A stretch of 64,000 nt of DNA from an uncultured delta proteobacterium (GTDB lineage: Bacteria > Myxococcota > UBA727 > VGSZ01): positions 32,001 through 96,000 of the forward strand of contig CAVZJB010000003.1 of assembly GCA_963775425.1 (NCBI GenBank), in the 5' to 3' direction. Below are positions 38,319-51,091 of the stretch, piece after piece (within the stretch, counting starts at the first letter, position 1; each line of letters begins with the position of its first letter). Both the position numbers and the translations under genes were made by a program. The notes beneath the pieces were generated by a model that was not told the origin of the DNA, searched no databases, and saw only the letters and a list, made by a program, of their open reading frames with translations.

Positions 38319-40375
38319 CAGAAGCTGGCCGACAGCATCGCGAGCGCGCGGAGGATCTGCAGCCCGCGCTGGTCGAGGCGGTCGTCGGAGGCGTCGAGGT
38401 CCTTGTTCAGGTATTCGACGTGCAGGAGCAGGTTGGCGCCGCCGAAGACGTAGCGCAGGTCGGTGAACACCTTGTGCTTGAGCGTCTGGTAGTCCGGGTA
38501 GTTCGCCACGCCGGCGATGACCTCGCCCGAGCGGTGCCGCTCGAACCACGCGTCGAGCTCGTAGCCGACCGACGCCGAGAATTCGTCGGTGACCGGCGCC
38601 TCGATGCTCGCGCGGTTGAAGAAGAGCAGGCCGAGGTAGTTGTCCGCCTCCTGGATGGTCGGATCGCGCAGGTCAGAGTCGTAGATGAACTTGGACTTGC
38701 CGCGCAGCTTGAGGCCGTTCAGCACGTCGAAGGTGTACGAGCCCTTGAGCACGGAGATGACGGTCCGGCGGTTCTGGTGCTCGTGGTACACGCTGCGCGG
38801 ATCGCGGCCGCGGTCGTTGGTGTTGGCGAACGTGTAGAGGTCCGTGTCCGTCATGCCGTCGGTGTAGAGGAAGTCCGGATAGGTCTTGGCGGTGTCGAGC
38901 CGCCCGTTGCCCGTGTCGGTGTTGTACTCGATGAGCGTCTCCTCCTCCGACAGCTCGAGCGCACCCGGGCTCCACGTCGTCACTGCGGTGCCGCCGTGCC
39001 AACCGATGCACGGCTCGTAGAACGGCTCGGTGAAGTCCTGGAACTCGTTGGCGACGTTGAGCGTCGCCACCTGGCCGCCCTCCATGAAGCCGTCGGTCAG
39101 CAGGAGATCCTCTTCGCGGCGCGCGCCGAAGACGCTCACCCAGTCGGTGCCGATGTTGAAGTACTCGAGCTGGAGCTCGAGCCCCACGTCGAGCGGGTCG
39201 AAGAGCTCCGCGCGCGCGGTGATGGCGTAGCCGTTGTGCTCGCCCATCGGCGCCGGCGTGAAGCCCTGCGCGCCGCTCACCGAGTTGAAGACGAGGTTGT
39301 TGTTGGTCTTGGAGTACGAGTACGCCACGAGCGCGGTGAGCCCGAGCCAGTCGATGGCGTTGCTCTTGGCCTGCAGCGTGGCGTCGAGGTTGGTGTAGCG
39401 GAGGTTGGTCACCACGCCGCCGTCGCGCGCGTCGATGGCGTTGGTGGAGCCGACGGCGTCGGGGTCGTCGAGGTCGGCCTCCTCGTCGACGATGAGGCTC
39501 GTGACCTGCTCGAGCTGCACCCAGTCCCAGGCGCTCTGCAGCTTGAGGCCGTACGCGACGTCGCGCTGCCAGAACGGGTTTTCGATGAGGGGGTCGGCGA
39601 TGCCCGTGGTGTACCCGGGCCCGGCGAACAGCTTCGGCAGCGCCACGATGCCGAGCGTGTAGCTGAGCGGGTCGCCGAAGCTGCCGTTGAGGAAGGCGCC
39701 GCGGGCGTTGTCGCGCTCGGTGTAGCGCGACTTGCCGATGGTCCACGCGTTGAACATGCCGAGGTCGGTGGCGCCGAAGTGGACGTAGTTCACCGTGGGG
39801 ATGGGCGGCGCGATGCGCAGGTAGATGCCGCGGAGCTGCAGGTACGACGCGTGGTTCTGGCCGAGGCTCTCGCCGCTGCCGTCGGGGACGGGCCCGAGGT
39901 CACCGTTTTCGTACCACTCGGCCCACTCGGCGCCGAAGCGCGACTGGATGCGCGCGCCGGCCTCGACGCGATCGGAGACGCGACCGACGAGGGTGAGGCC
40001 GAGCTCGCTGCAGATGCCGTTGTCGCCGGAGAAGTTGTCTCCCTCGACGGCGGGGTTGCCGTAGCTGACGCAGCCGCCCGAGGTGTTGTTGCGCAACAGC
40101 AGCTTGGTGAAGAAGTCGCCCTTCCACGTGAGCGACAGCGGCGGCGGCGGCTCCGCCGACGGCAGCGACGCCATCTTCTCGTCGACCTTCTCCTGCACCT
40201 TCTCGTCGAGCTTTTCGTCCGTCGCGGCCTTGAGGCGGGCGTCCACGATCCTCTCGATCTCGGCGCGCATGGCGTCGTCGATGACGGGGGCGGCGGCCGG
40301 GGGGGGCGGGGTTGTCGCGGGGTCGGGCGGAGGGGTCTGCGACGCGAGCGCGAGGACGACGGCGAGCGGGTGCAT
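38318..40375 (-). CDS. Putative outer-membrane beta-barrel protein
   Basis: N-terminal hydrophobic leader, Pro-rich/coiled-coil segment, alternating beta-strand pattern, terminal Phe (MLSASF). Confidence 0.7.
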   Translation of the reverse strand: MHPLAVVLALASQTPPPDPATTPPPPAAAPVIDDAMRAEIERIVDARLKAATDEKLDEKVQEKVDEKMASLPSAEPPPPLSLTWKGDFFTKLLLRNNTSGGCVSYGNPAVEGDNFSGDNGICSELGLTLVGRVSDRVEAGARIQSRFGAEWAEWYENGDLGPVPDGSGESLGQNHASYLQLRGIYLRIAPPIPTVNYVHFGATDLGMFNAWTIGKSRYTERDNARGAFLNGSFGDPLSYTLGIVALPKLFAGPGYTTGIADPLIENPFWQRDVAYGLKLQSAWDWVQLEQVTSLIVDEEADLDDPDAVGSTNAIDARDGGVVTNLRYTNLDATLQAKSNAIDWLGLTALVAYSYSKTNNNLVFNSVSGAQGFTPAPMGEHNGYAITARAELFDPLDVGLELQLEYFNIGTDWVSVFGARREEDLLLTDGFMEGGQVATLNVANEFQDFTEPFYEPCIGWHGGTAVTTWSPGALELSEEETLIEYNTDTGNGRLDTAKTYPDFLYTDGMTDTDLYTFANTNDRGRDPRSVYHEHQNRRTVISVLKGSYTFDVLNGLKLRGKSKFIYDSDLRDPTIQEADNYLGLLFFNRASIEAPVTDEFSASVGYELDAWFERHRSGEVIAGVANYPDYQTLKHKVFTDLRYVFGGANLLLHVEYLNKDLDASDDRLDQRGLQILRALAMLSASF

Positions 40376-40460
40376 GCACGCCGCATAGTCGACGCGGGGG
40401 CCAAGGAAAGGGGGTCGAAGCGGGCGGCGCGACGACGAGCACGCTATACGGGACGCGGTC

Positions 40461-41903
40461 ATGCGCCCCATCGCCCGCATTCGTTTCGCCGCCTCCGCCT
40501 GCGCCTTCGCCGCCCACGCCGCCGCCCTCGCCGCCGCGTGCGCCGGCAGCGGGTGCGTCCACACGCAGCAGGTCCACGACCTGGTGGCGTGGGGGCCCGA
40601 AGCGCCCGCCATCGTCATCGAGGACACCACCGTGTTCCCCGCCACGGGCACCGGGGTGCTCGAGCACCGGGACGTCGTCGTCACGGGAAAGCGCATCACC
40701 GCCGTGCGCCCCACGGGCGAAGGCGCGCAGCCGCCTGGGGCGGTCGTCATCGACGGGCGCGGCAAGACGCTCCTGCCGGGCCTCGTCGACGCCCACGTGC
40801 ACACGCAGGTCACCGGGGCCGCGCCGTGGTACGTGGTGATGCCCAGGCCGGAGCACGTGCTGCAGGAGGCGCTCTACGCGGGCACCACCACCATCCACGA
40901 CATGGGCGGCCCCGTTGACGACGTCATCGCGCTCAAGCGAGCGGTGGCCGACGGCTCCGTGATCGGGCCGCGCATGCTGGTGGCGGGCCCGCTCATCTCC
41001 GCCAACGGCGGCTACCCGGAGAGCTACATCAAGCGCGTGCTCCCGCTGCTCGCGCCGGTGTTCCTCCCCCGGTACACGCGCGTGGTCGACTCCCCGGCGA
41101 GCGGAAAGGAGCTGGTCGACGAGCTGGTCGACGACGGCGTCGATCAGATCAAGATCTGCCTCGCCGACACCCCCGACGGCACCGCCGTCCTCGACGCCGC
41201 CACCGTCCGCGCCATCACGGCCGAGGCCCACGCGCGGGGGAAGAAGGTGTTCGCGCACATCGACACGTCCAAGAACGCGCGGCTCGCAGCCGACAACGGC
41301 GTCGACGTGCTCGCGCACGGCGTGCACTCCACGGAGCTGTCCGTCGCGGACGCCGAGGCCATCGCCAAGGACGGCACCAAGGTGGTGCCCACGCTCATCA
41401 CGTTCGAGCGGCTGTACGAGCTGTCGCACGGCACGGTGTCGCTGTCGCGGACGGAGCAGGAGACGGTGGCCACCAACATCCAGCGCTCGCTCGCGCGCGT
41501 GCCCAGGGGCTACACGCTCGACGGAGACCTCGCGCACTGGCTCGAGCACCTCACCGAGCACCGCCACGCCCGCCTGCACGAGAACGTCTCGCGGCTGCGC
41601 GACGCCGGCGCCCGCATCCTCGTCGGCACCGACGGCCACGGCAGCACCGCCAGCTTCCCCGCGGGCATCCACGAGGAGATGCGGCGGCTGGTCGAGGCGG
41701 GGATCCCGAACGCCGAGGTGCTGCTCGGGGCCACCGCGTGGTCGGCGCACGCGTCGCTCGACAACCCCAGCTTCGGCACCGTGGAGCCCGGCAAGGACGC
41801 GGACCTCCTGCTGATCGACGGCGATCCGCTCGTCGACATCACCGCCACGGAGCGCATCGACACCATCATCTTGCGGGGCCGCGTCGTCCGGCGGTTGCGC
41901 TAG
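40461..41903 (+). CDS. Secreted amidohydrolase family protein
   Basis: PGLVDAHVH, QIKI, AH, LAHG, VGTD, GKDADLL. Confidence 0.9.
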   Translation: MRPIARIRFAASACAFAAHAAALAAACAGSGCVHTQQVHDLVAWGPEAPAIVIEDTTVFPATGTGVLEHRDVVVTGKRITAVRPTGEGAQPPGAVVIDGRGKTLLPGLVDAHVHTQVTGAAPWYVVMPRPEHVLQEALYAGTTTIHDMGGPVDDVIALKRAVADGSVIGPRMLVAGPLISANGGYPESYIKRVLPLLAPVFLPRYTRVVDSPASGKELVDELVDDGVDQIKICLADTPDGTAVLDAATVRAITAEAHARGKKVFAHIDTSKNARLAADNGVDVLAHGVHSTELSVADAEAIAKDGTKVVPTLITFERLYELSHGTVSLSRTEQETVATNIQRSLARVPRGYTLDGDLAHWLEHLTEHRHARLHENVSRLRDAGARILVGTDGHGSTASFPAGIHEEMRRLVEAGIPNAEVLLGATAWSAHASLDNPSFGTVEPGKDADLLLIDGDPLVDITATERIDTIILRGRVVRRLR

Positions 41904-41918
41904 AGAGCGACGCCACAG

Positions 41919-41958
41919 GACGCGTCGGAAATTCTTGACGCGTCGGAAAAATCCGACG
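41919..41958. repeat. 13-bp direct repeat plus overlapping 7-4-7 hairpin
   Basis: GACGCGTCGGAAA at 41919 and 41937; CGTCGGA-AAAA-TCCGACG at 41941-41958. Confidence 0.7.
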
Positions 41959-42270
41959 TGCTGGTGGGCCGCCGGCGACGTCCGCCCCGTCGTCGGTCAC
42001 CGCTTCACCCTCGACATGGGGGAGTGGGGCCAGCAGCGCTGCGAGGTGCTCGCGGTGGAGCCGGAGCGGCTCCTCCGCTACAGCTTCGCCGAGGGCGCGC
42101 TCGACACGACGCTCACCTGGGAGCTCACGCCCGAGGGAGAAGGCACGCGGCTCAAGCTCGTGCACGAGGGCTTCGACCTCGACTCGCCGCTCGGCAAGGC
42201 CGCGTTCGAGGGCATGGGCCGGGGTTGGCCGGGCGTGCTCGCGGGCGTCGAGCGCGTGCTCACGTCGTGA
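41935..42270 (+). pseudogene. 5'-truncated SRPBCC/AHSA1 gene
   Basis: Begins at WWAAGDVRPVVGHRFTLDM; the usual N-terminal strand/helix (VW.ALT) is absent. Confidence 0.6.
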
Positions 42271-42664
42271 CCACCGTCCCCTGGTGAAAGAGGATGCGCC
42301 ACGCGCCGTCCACGCGGCGCCACAGGCTGAAGCGTCGCGTGAGGCGCGCGGGCTCCTTCAGCGTCCAGGTGACGGCGAAGAGCTCGCCGCCGAGGGCGCG
42401 GCAGGAAAAGTCGCTCGCCTCGGCGTCGTCGTCGCTTTCGCGGGAGAGGCGGTCGACGAGGACGTCGACGGCGGCGTCGCGCCCGTAGCGCCTGCCGGAG
42501 GCGCCTATCTCGAAGAAGCCGTCGTCGATGCGCGCCTCGATGTCGGCGCGGGTGGCGGTGCCGGAGGCGCCGAGGAAGAACAGCTCGTGCGCGCGGAGCT
42601 CGTCGAGCACGCCGCGCAAGGCGGGCGCGGTGACGAGGTCGGGGGCGGTGTCGGCGTCGTCCAT
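42260..42664 (-). CDS. DUF4440/NTF2-like protein
   Basis: FFEIGASGRRY...TRRFSLW...WRILFHQGT. Confidence 0.82.
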   Translation of the reverse strand: MDDADTAPDLVTAPALRGVLDELRAHELFFLGASGTATRADIEARIDDGFFEIGASGRRYGRDAAVDVLVDRLSRESDDDAEASDFSCRALGGELFAVTWTLKEPARLTRRFSLWRRVDGAWRILFHQGTVVTT

Positions 42665-42667
42665 CGA

Positions 42668-43270
42668 TCAAGCTCCGTGGAGGCGCGCCTCGATGTGGGC
42701 GGCGAGGGCGTTGGCCTGCGCCTCGTTGTCGAGCGAGCGCACGAGCACGCCGTCGGCGCCGGCGCGGCTGCGCCACCACACCTGCCAGCGCTCGTTGCCG
42801 TCGCCGTCGCGCAGGACCCTGGCGTACACCTTGGCGACCCCGTCGGCGTCGATGGGGCCGGGCGTGCGCTCGGGCAGGGGGCCGACGCGGAGCGAGATGG
42901 CGCGGCCGGTGACGGTGAGGGTGGTTCGGTTCACGACGGCGCAGAGCGCGCGCCACGTGAAGGCGAGGCCGAGCGTGGCCCACACCGCGGCGCCGAACAC
43001 CGACATGCGGCCTTGCGCGAGCGCGGAGGCGACGAGCCCGTTGCACGCGATGACGGCGACGAGGCCGACGCCCGCGCGCACGCGATCGCGCGCCCACGAC
43101 AGCTCCAGGGCGTCGAAGCGGCGCTGCAGGCGGATGTGCTCGGGCAGCTCGAGCGACTCTTCGGCCAGCGCACTGACGGGGGCGCTCACGGGTGCGCCGA
43201 CGGGCGCGCCGACGGGTGCGCCGACGGGTTCGCCCGACGGAGCTTCCAGGCAGACGTCCCGCGCCGTCAT
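42668..43270 (-). CDS. Hypothetical membrane protein (2 TM), GAPV repeats at N-terminus
   Basis: TAAGAT-N6-ATG; two hydrophobic helices then VVNRT motif. Confidence 0.6.
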   Translation of the reverse strand: MTARDVCLEAPSGEPVGAPVGAPVGAPVSAPVSALAEESLELPEHIRLQRRFDALELSWARDRVRAGVGLVAVIACNGLVASALAQGRMSVFGAAVWATLGLAFTWRALCAVVNRTTLTVTGRAISLRVGPLPERTPGPIDADGVAKVYARVLRDGDGNERWQVWWRSRAGADGVLVRSLDNEAQANALAAHIEARLHGA

Positions 43271-43313
43271 GTCCCCATCTTACCGTCTGCGGCGCGCCTG
43301 CTAGACCGCGAGG

Positions 43314-43757
43314 ATGCGGACCGAGATCGACGAGGGACCCTCGGGCGCGGCGCCGGCGACGGAGCCCGCGGCGGCGCTCGCGCGGCCCCGGCGACACTTC
43401 GCGCACCTCGCGGACGTCGACGACGGCACGCTCCTCGCGCTCCGGCGCCGCAAGGTGCTCCCGCGACTGTTGAGCGTGCTCGCGATGGCGGTGGCCGCCA
43501 TCGCCATCCTTCGCGGCATGGACCCCGTGCCCGCGTGGGGGCTGCTGCTCCTGTACGTCGTGCCCGTCGGTGTGATCGTCGGCATGGACGCGGCGGGGCG
43601 CGCCCTGTGGCGCCGACGCGCGCGGGCGTACGGCCTGTCGCCGCCGGCGATGGCCGAGCTCTTCCGTTGCCTCCGGCGCGCGCCGGCGCGCATCCCGACG
43701 CCGAGCGCCGACGAGCTCTTGCTCGTCGTGCGGGCGCTCACTCCCCGAACGCCTTGA
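43314..43757 (+). CDS. Hypothetical membrane protein
   Basis: Two TM helices; fills intergenic gap. Confidence 0.55.
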   Translation: MRTEIDEGPSGAAPATEPAAALARPRRHFAHLADVDDGTLLALRRRKVLPRLLSVLAMAVAAIAILRGMDPVPAWGLLLLYVVPVGVIVGMDAAGRALWRRRARAYGLSPPAMAELFRCLRRAPARIPTPSADELLLVVRALTPRTP

Positions 43758-43840
43758 GCACCCCGTGAGCGCGACGGCTCCGCGGCCGTGTGGCGGTGGG
43801 GCCTTGGTGCCGACGACGACGCGCGCCCGTCAATCGCGCA

Positions 43841-46165
43841 TCAGTGCAGCGTGGTGCGCACGGCGACGAACGAGCGACCGCCCGCGCGCGACGGCGTCAC
43901 CCCCGCCGGCCAGCGCGGGGCGAACGCCGGCGGCACGCCGTCGGAGACGTCGACGACGGTGAGGTCGGGCGCGCCTTCGCCTTCGACGTCGATGTCGATG
44001 TCGGCGGAGCCTTCGCCGAGGATGCGCACCCCGCACGGCGCCGCGGTGGCGCGCGCGCAGGGCGGCGCGTCGCGTCCGTCGAGGTGGAACGCGCGAGGCC
44101 GCGCTCCCGCCCGCGGGTGCACCACCACCCGCAGGTCGCGCGCGCCGCGCATCGACTGCACCGACACGCGCCACGTCTTCCCCCACGGGCGCGGCTTGAC
44201 GTCGAGCGTGGACACCAGCGGCGCCGCGAGCGCCTGCGGCGCGACGCTGACCGCCAGCACCGGCCGGCCGTCGACGGGGAAGACGTCGTCGAGGACGCGG
44301 CCGGCGGCGCGCGGCCCGAGGCGCGCGGTCACGGTGCTCGCCGGCGGCTCGTCCACGGTGAACAGGTGCGCGTCCTCGCGCGACTGCGCGTACGACAGCG
44401 ACACCGGCCGCGGGTGCCCGACGTCGAACGCGCCGCGGCGGCCGGCCGTGGCCAGGAGCGCGACGGCGGCGACGGCGCCGGCGACGAGGACGAGCACGCT
44501 CACGACCGACGAGGTGCGCGCGGCGAGCGGCGCCAGGGCCGCCGCGGCCAGCGCGCACAGGAGCGCCCCGAAGGCCACCGCCAGCGTTTCGTCGACGTCA
44601 CCGGCGGTGATGGCGAGGACGGCCATCCCTTGCGCGCACACGAAGACCCCGGCGGCTCCGAGCAAGAGAGGGAAGGCACCGAAGCGACCGCTGAGCGCCG
44701 CGAGCACGGCCGCGGCGATCACCGGCAGCGCGAAGAGCGCGGCCACCGCGCCGAGCTGCGGCTCCACCGCGGCGCCCACGACGGCGGCGGCGGCCCACCA
44801 CAGGGACGCGCCCGCGGCGAACGCGGCGCTGCGCCCGCGGCCGAGCGCCTGCGCGACGACGAGCGCGCACGCGAAGCCCACCGACGCGGCGCTCGCGGTG
44901 ACGAGGGGCGCCTGCGCCGAAGCGGCGCTGCCGAGGAACGCGGCCGCGAGCGCGAGGACGCCGCCGAAGAGCACGAGCGCGACACCGCCGGAGAGCGCCA
45001 CGGCGAGCGCGCCGAGCACGAGGTCCCTGAAGCGCAGGAACGATCCTGCCGCGACGACGATGACGGCGAGCGCGGCGACGCCGACGAGCGCGCCGACGCC
45101 GCTCCCCCACGGCAGCGCGACGGCGCCGGCGCGCGGGACGTGGAGCGTGACGCTGTCGTGCTCGGCGTGCACGACGTCCGGCGCCGTGGAGGCCGCCGCG
45201 CGCGCCACCGACATCACCGCGGTGACCGCGCCGGGCAGGGCGTCGAGGTCGGCGTGGGGGATGTCGTCGCACGCCTGGTGGTAGCAGCGCCGGCCGCCGA
45301 GGAAGCCGAGGCTGAGCCCGGCGGCGCTCGGCCGCTTCGGCGCCGGGGACGCCGCGGCCGCCGGCGGCTCGGTGAACGCGAGCAGCTCCGTGCGCACGTC
45401 GGTGGAAAGGAAGGCGCGGGCGAAGCCGTCGACGAGCGAGCTCACGAACGTGGCGGGCGCGCCGCGGGCGAGGGCGCCGACGACGAAGGCGTTGCCGGGC
45501 CGGGTCTCGTAGACGCCCACCGGCCCCTGGGTGCCCCCGGAGTCGACGTTGACGACGACGTCGGCGGGCCGCCCGTCGAACAGCGCGGCGCCGCAGGTGA
45601 CGCACACCTCCTCCTGGCCGGTGATGACGACGACGAGGTCCCCGTCCCAGCGTTCGCCGCGCGCAGCCTCGCGCAGGACCTCGAGGGCGACGGCGACGCC
45701 GAACGCGTCGTCGCCGGCGCCGGGGGCGCGGGCGACGGAGTCTGCGTGGGCGACGACGGCGACGCGGCCGCCGCGCTCGGGGTGCGCCCCGGGCAGGACG
45801 CCGACGACGTCTTCGGCGACGACGAAGCCGCCGGGCGCGGGGACGGTGCCGCGCGGCCGGCTGACCTTCACGGCGGCGCCGGCGGCGCGCATCTCCGCCT
45901 CGACGACGTCGAGCGCCCGCTCGCGCTCCGGCCCGGTGACGGGCCGCGGAAACGCGAGCGCGTGCACGGTGCCGCGGGCGCGCGCGGCGTCGACGCCTGC
46001 GTCTCCGGCGGTGTCTCCGGCGGTGACGGTGTCGAGGAGGACGTCGCCTGCGCCGGCGGCGGCCACGACGAGCCCGAGCGCGACGCCGAGCGCGGCCACG
46101 GCGCGCGCGACCCACGGCTCGGGGCGCCGCGTCGCCAGCGACAGGGAGGAGACCTCGTCCGTCAT
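43841..46165 (-). CDS. M28 family peptidase with multi-TM domain
   Basis: AHADSV, PGAGDD, QEE, NVDSGG, YHQACD followed by about 8 TM helices. Confidence 0.82.
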   Translation of the reverse strand: MTDEVSSLSLATRRPEPWVARAVAALGVALGLVVAAAGAGDVLLDTVTAGDTAGDAGVDAARARGTVHALAFPRPVTGPERERALDVVEAEMRAAGAAVKVSRPRGTVPAPGGFVVAEDVVGVLPGAHPERGGRVAVVAHADSVARAPGAGDDAFGVAVALEVLREAARGERWDGDLVVVITGQEEVCVTCGAALFDGRPADVVVNVDSGGTQGPVGVYETRPGNAFVVGALARGAPATFVSSLVDGFARAFLSTDVRTELLAFTEPPAAAASPAPKRPSAAGLSLGFLGGRRCYHQACDDIPHADLDALPGAVTAVMSVARAAASTAPDVVHAEHDSVTLHVPRAGAVALPWGSGVGALVGVAALAVIVVAAGSFLRFRDLVLGALAVALSGGVALVLFGGVLALAAAFLGSAASAQAPLVTASAASVGFACALVVAQALGRGRSAAFAAGASLWWAAAAVVGAAVEPQLGAVAALFALPVIAAAVLAALSGRFGAFPLLLGAAGVFVCAQGMAVLAITAGDVDETLAVAFGALLCALAAAALAPLAARTSSVVSVLVLVAGAVAAVALLATAGRRGAFDVGHPRPVSLSYAQSREDAHLFTVDEPPASTVTARLGPRAAGRVLDDVFPVDGRPVLAVSVAPQALAAPLVSTLDVKPRPWGKTWRVSVQSMRGARDLRVVVHPRAGARPRAFHLDGRDAPPCARATAAPCGVRILGEGSADIDIDVEGEGAPDLTVVDVSDGVPPAFAPRWPAGVTPSRAGGRSFVAVRTTLH

Positions 46166-46245
46166 CGTTGGGTCCGGATGCTACCCGGCGCCGCCGGCGC
46201 TGTGTCGGCGGTGTCTGACGACGTCGTTTCCGCCGCGCCGGTGTC

Positions 46246-47058
46246 TTACGGCTTGATCATCTGTAGGACGGGGCGCTTCTTGGCCTTGGCGTCGAACTTC
46301 AGCATGGCGTGCTGCGCGTCCTTCTCCGAGGCCTCGCCCTTGCCCTTGCCGGCGAGGCAGTCGACGAAGTTGGGGTCGGAGTCGCCGTCGTCGCCGCCGC
46401 CGAAGCAATCCTTGCCCTCGTACTCGTTGACGATGCGGGCGAGGATGCCGTTGTTGGGCGTGTTGTCGTAGCCCTCGTTGGACGCGACGAGCACCTGGAT
46501 GCCCTTGATGGCGCCGACGTCGGACTTCTTCACGAGCGCGGTCACCTTCTTCCCCCTGGCGCTCACCTTGCTCGGCAGCACGATCTTGCCCTTGAGCCCC
46601 TTGGCCTTCTGGTCGATGCGACTCGTGATCTCCTTGTTCGCCTGAGGCGACACGATGATCACCTTCTCCCAGCCGTCGGCGAAGGTGGCGTTCATCCCGG
46701 GGAGCGCGTTGGTCTCACCGCCGGGGGCGTTGTCGACGTAGATCTGGAACATCTGCAGCGAGAAGCCGTTGCCGGGCGTAGGCCAGCTCGCGCTCTTCCA
46801 CGGGTCCTCGAACGGCGCCGCGATCTCGAGGGAGATCTCGTACTCGCTGCCCTTGTCTTTGATCTTCACCTCGGTGAGGTCGAAGCTGCCTTTCTTGTAG
46901 ACCGCGCCCGTCGGGTACTTGTACGTGCCCGGACCGTCGTCGTCCCCCTTGGGGTCCTTGAGCGAGATGGTGCCCGCGAACGCAGGCAGAGCGGCGAAGA
47001 GCGCGACGAGAGCGATGGGCGACCGGAGGGAGCGGCCGCGCTTGATGAGGTGCTTCAT
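46246..47058 (-). CDS. Secreted glucodextranase-type DOMON-like carbohydrate-binding protein
   Basis: Signal peptide; DPKGDDDGPGTYKYPT...FDL...GFSLQMFQIYVD. Confidence 0.85.
   Translation of the reverse strand: MKHLIKRGRSLRSPIALVALFAALPAFAGTISLKDPKGDDDGPGTYKYPTGAVYKKGSFDLTEVKIKDKGSEYEISLEIAAPFEDPWKSASWPTPGNGFSLQMFQIYVDNAPGGETNALPGMNATFADGWEKVIIVSPQANKEITSRIDQKAKGLKGKIVLPSKVSARGKKVTALVKKSDVGAIKGIQVLVASNEGYDNTPNNGILARIVNEYEGKDCFGGGDDGDSDPNFVDCLAGKGKGEASEKDAQHAMLKFDAKAKKRPVLQMIKP
47019..47046 (-). repeat. 28-bp repeat, inverted partner of 51181-51208
   Basis: ATCAAGCGCGGCCGCTCCCTCCGGTCGC, exact match. Confidence 0.9.
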
Positions 47059-47153
47059 GCGCGCCGGCTACGCCAGCGCGCTTGTTCGATCAACGTCCCT
47101 TCGCGTCGACGCCGTGCGTCGGTCCGCCCGCGCGGCGTCGTGCCCCTCGGCGC

Positions 47154-47900
47154 TCAGAGCTTGATGCCGAAGGGGTCGCCGGAGACGCCGCCGGTGCCGC
47201 CGTCGAGCGGGAAGGTGGGCGGCTGCGGCTTCACGACGCGCGCGTACTCGGCGATGGCGGCGCCCATGATGGCCTGCGCGAGCGGGACGGTGACGAACAG
47301 GCCGAGGTAGCAGGCGAGCACGCCCATCTGCGCGATGAGGCCGGCGACGAAGCCCGCGACGAGGAGCAAGAGGTACTGCACGCCGCCCTGGCGCATCACG
47401 CCCCAGATGCGCTTGAACTGGACGGACGCCCAGGCTTCGCCCTCCACGACATGGAGGAAGGTGATCGCCGGCCCCACGACGAGGGAGGCGAGCGAGATGC
47501 CGATGATGCCGAGGTAGAAGGCGGCGATGATGATCACCACGATGTCCTCGCTGGCGCCGTGCCCGCCGAAGGAGACCGCCACGCCCGCGGCGCCGCAGGC
47601 GAAGCCGAGCGCGAGGAACGCGAGGGCGAACAGCGGCAGGTACGCGAGGAACAGCCGCCAGCCGGCGCCGATGTAGTCGAGGCTGGCCTCGGGCAACGTG
47701 TCGGCGTCGTCGCCGCCCGCGATGCGGCGATCGGCGATGGCCTTCATCCAGCCGGAGAGGTTGAACGACCCCACGATGGGGATGAGGAGCATGAGCCCCA
47801 TGACGGCGCACTTGCCGAGCCACCTCTTGTCCTTGAACGGGGCGCCGATGGCGCGGCCAAGATCGAGCTCGGGGCGGGTCGTGGTTTGCGTGGTCGACAT
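47154..47900 (-). CDS. DUF4013-like membrane protein
   Basis: PF.D..WL.K...LIPIVG..L.GW pattern, multiple TM. Confidence 0.72.
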   Translation of the reverse strand: MSTTQTTTRPELDLGRAIGAPFKDKRWLGKCAVMGLMLLIPIVGSFNLSGWMKAIADRRIAGGDDADTLPEASLDYIGAGWRLFLAYLPLFALAFLALGFACGAAGVAVSFGGHGASEDIVVIIIAAFYLGIIGISLASLVVGPAITFLHVVEGEAWASVQFKRIWGVMRQGGVQYLLLLVAGFVAGLIAQMGVLACYLGLFVTVPLAQAIMGAAIAEYARVVKPQPPTFPLDGGTGGVSGDPFGIKL

Positions 47901-47942
47901 GCCGCGCACGGTATGGGGCGCGCATCCGACGTTCAACCGACG

Positions 47943-47965
47943 CGGATGTGTTTCCGTCACATCCG
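47943..47965. promoter_or_regulatory. 8-7-8 inverted repeat, candidate operator in divergent promoter upstream of amylase operon
   Basis: CGGATGTG-TTTCCGT-CACATCCG. Confidence 0.5.
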
Positions 47966-48031
47966 AGCAGTTTCGACGGTTTCTTCGCCTTCGGCCCTTG
48001 CGCCGACGCACACCGCTGACACGCTGGCGCC

Positions 48032-51087
<3,056 letters not shown>

Positions 51088-51091
<4 letters not shown>

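Noticed and set aside
40376-40813. N-terminal extension of the barrel ORF
   Set aside because: Overlaps the amidohydrolase on the opposite strand; ATG 40375 gives a plausible leader
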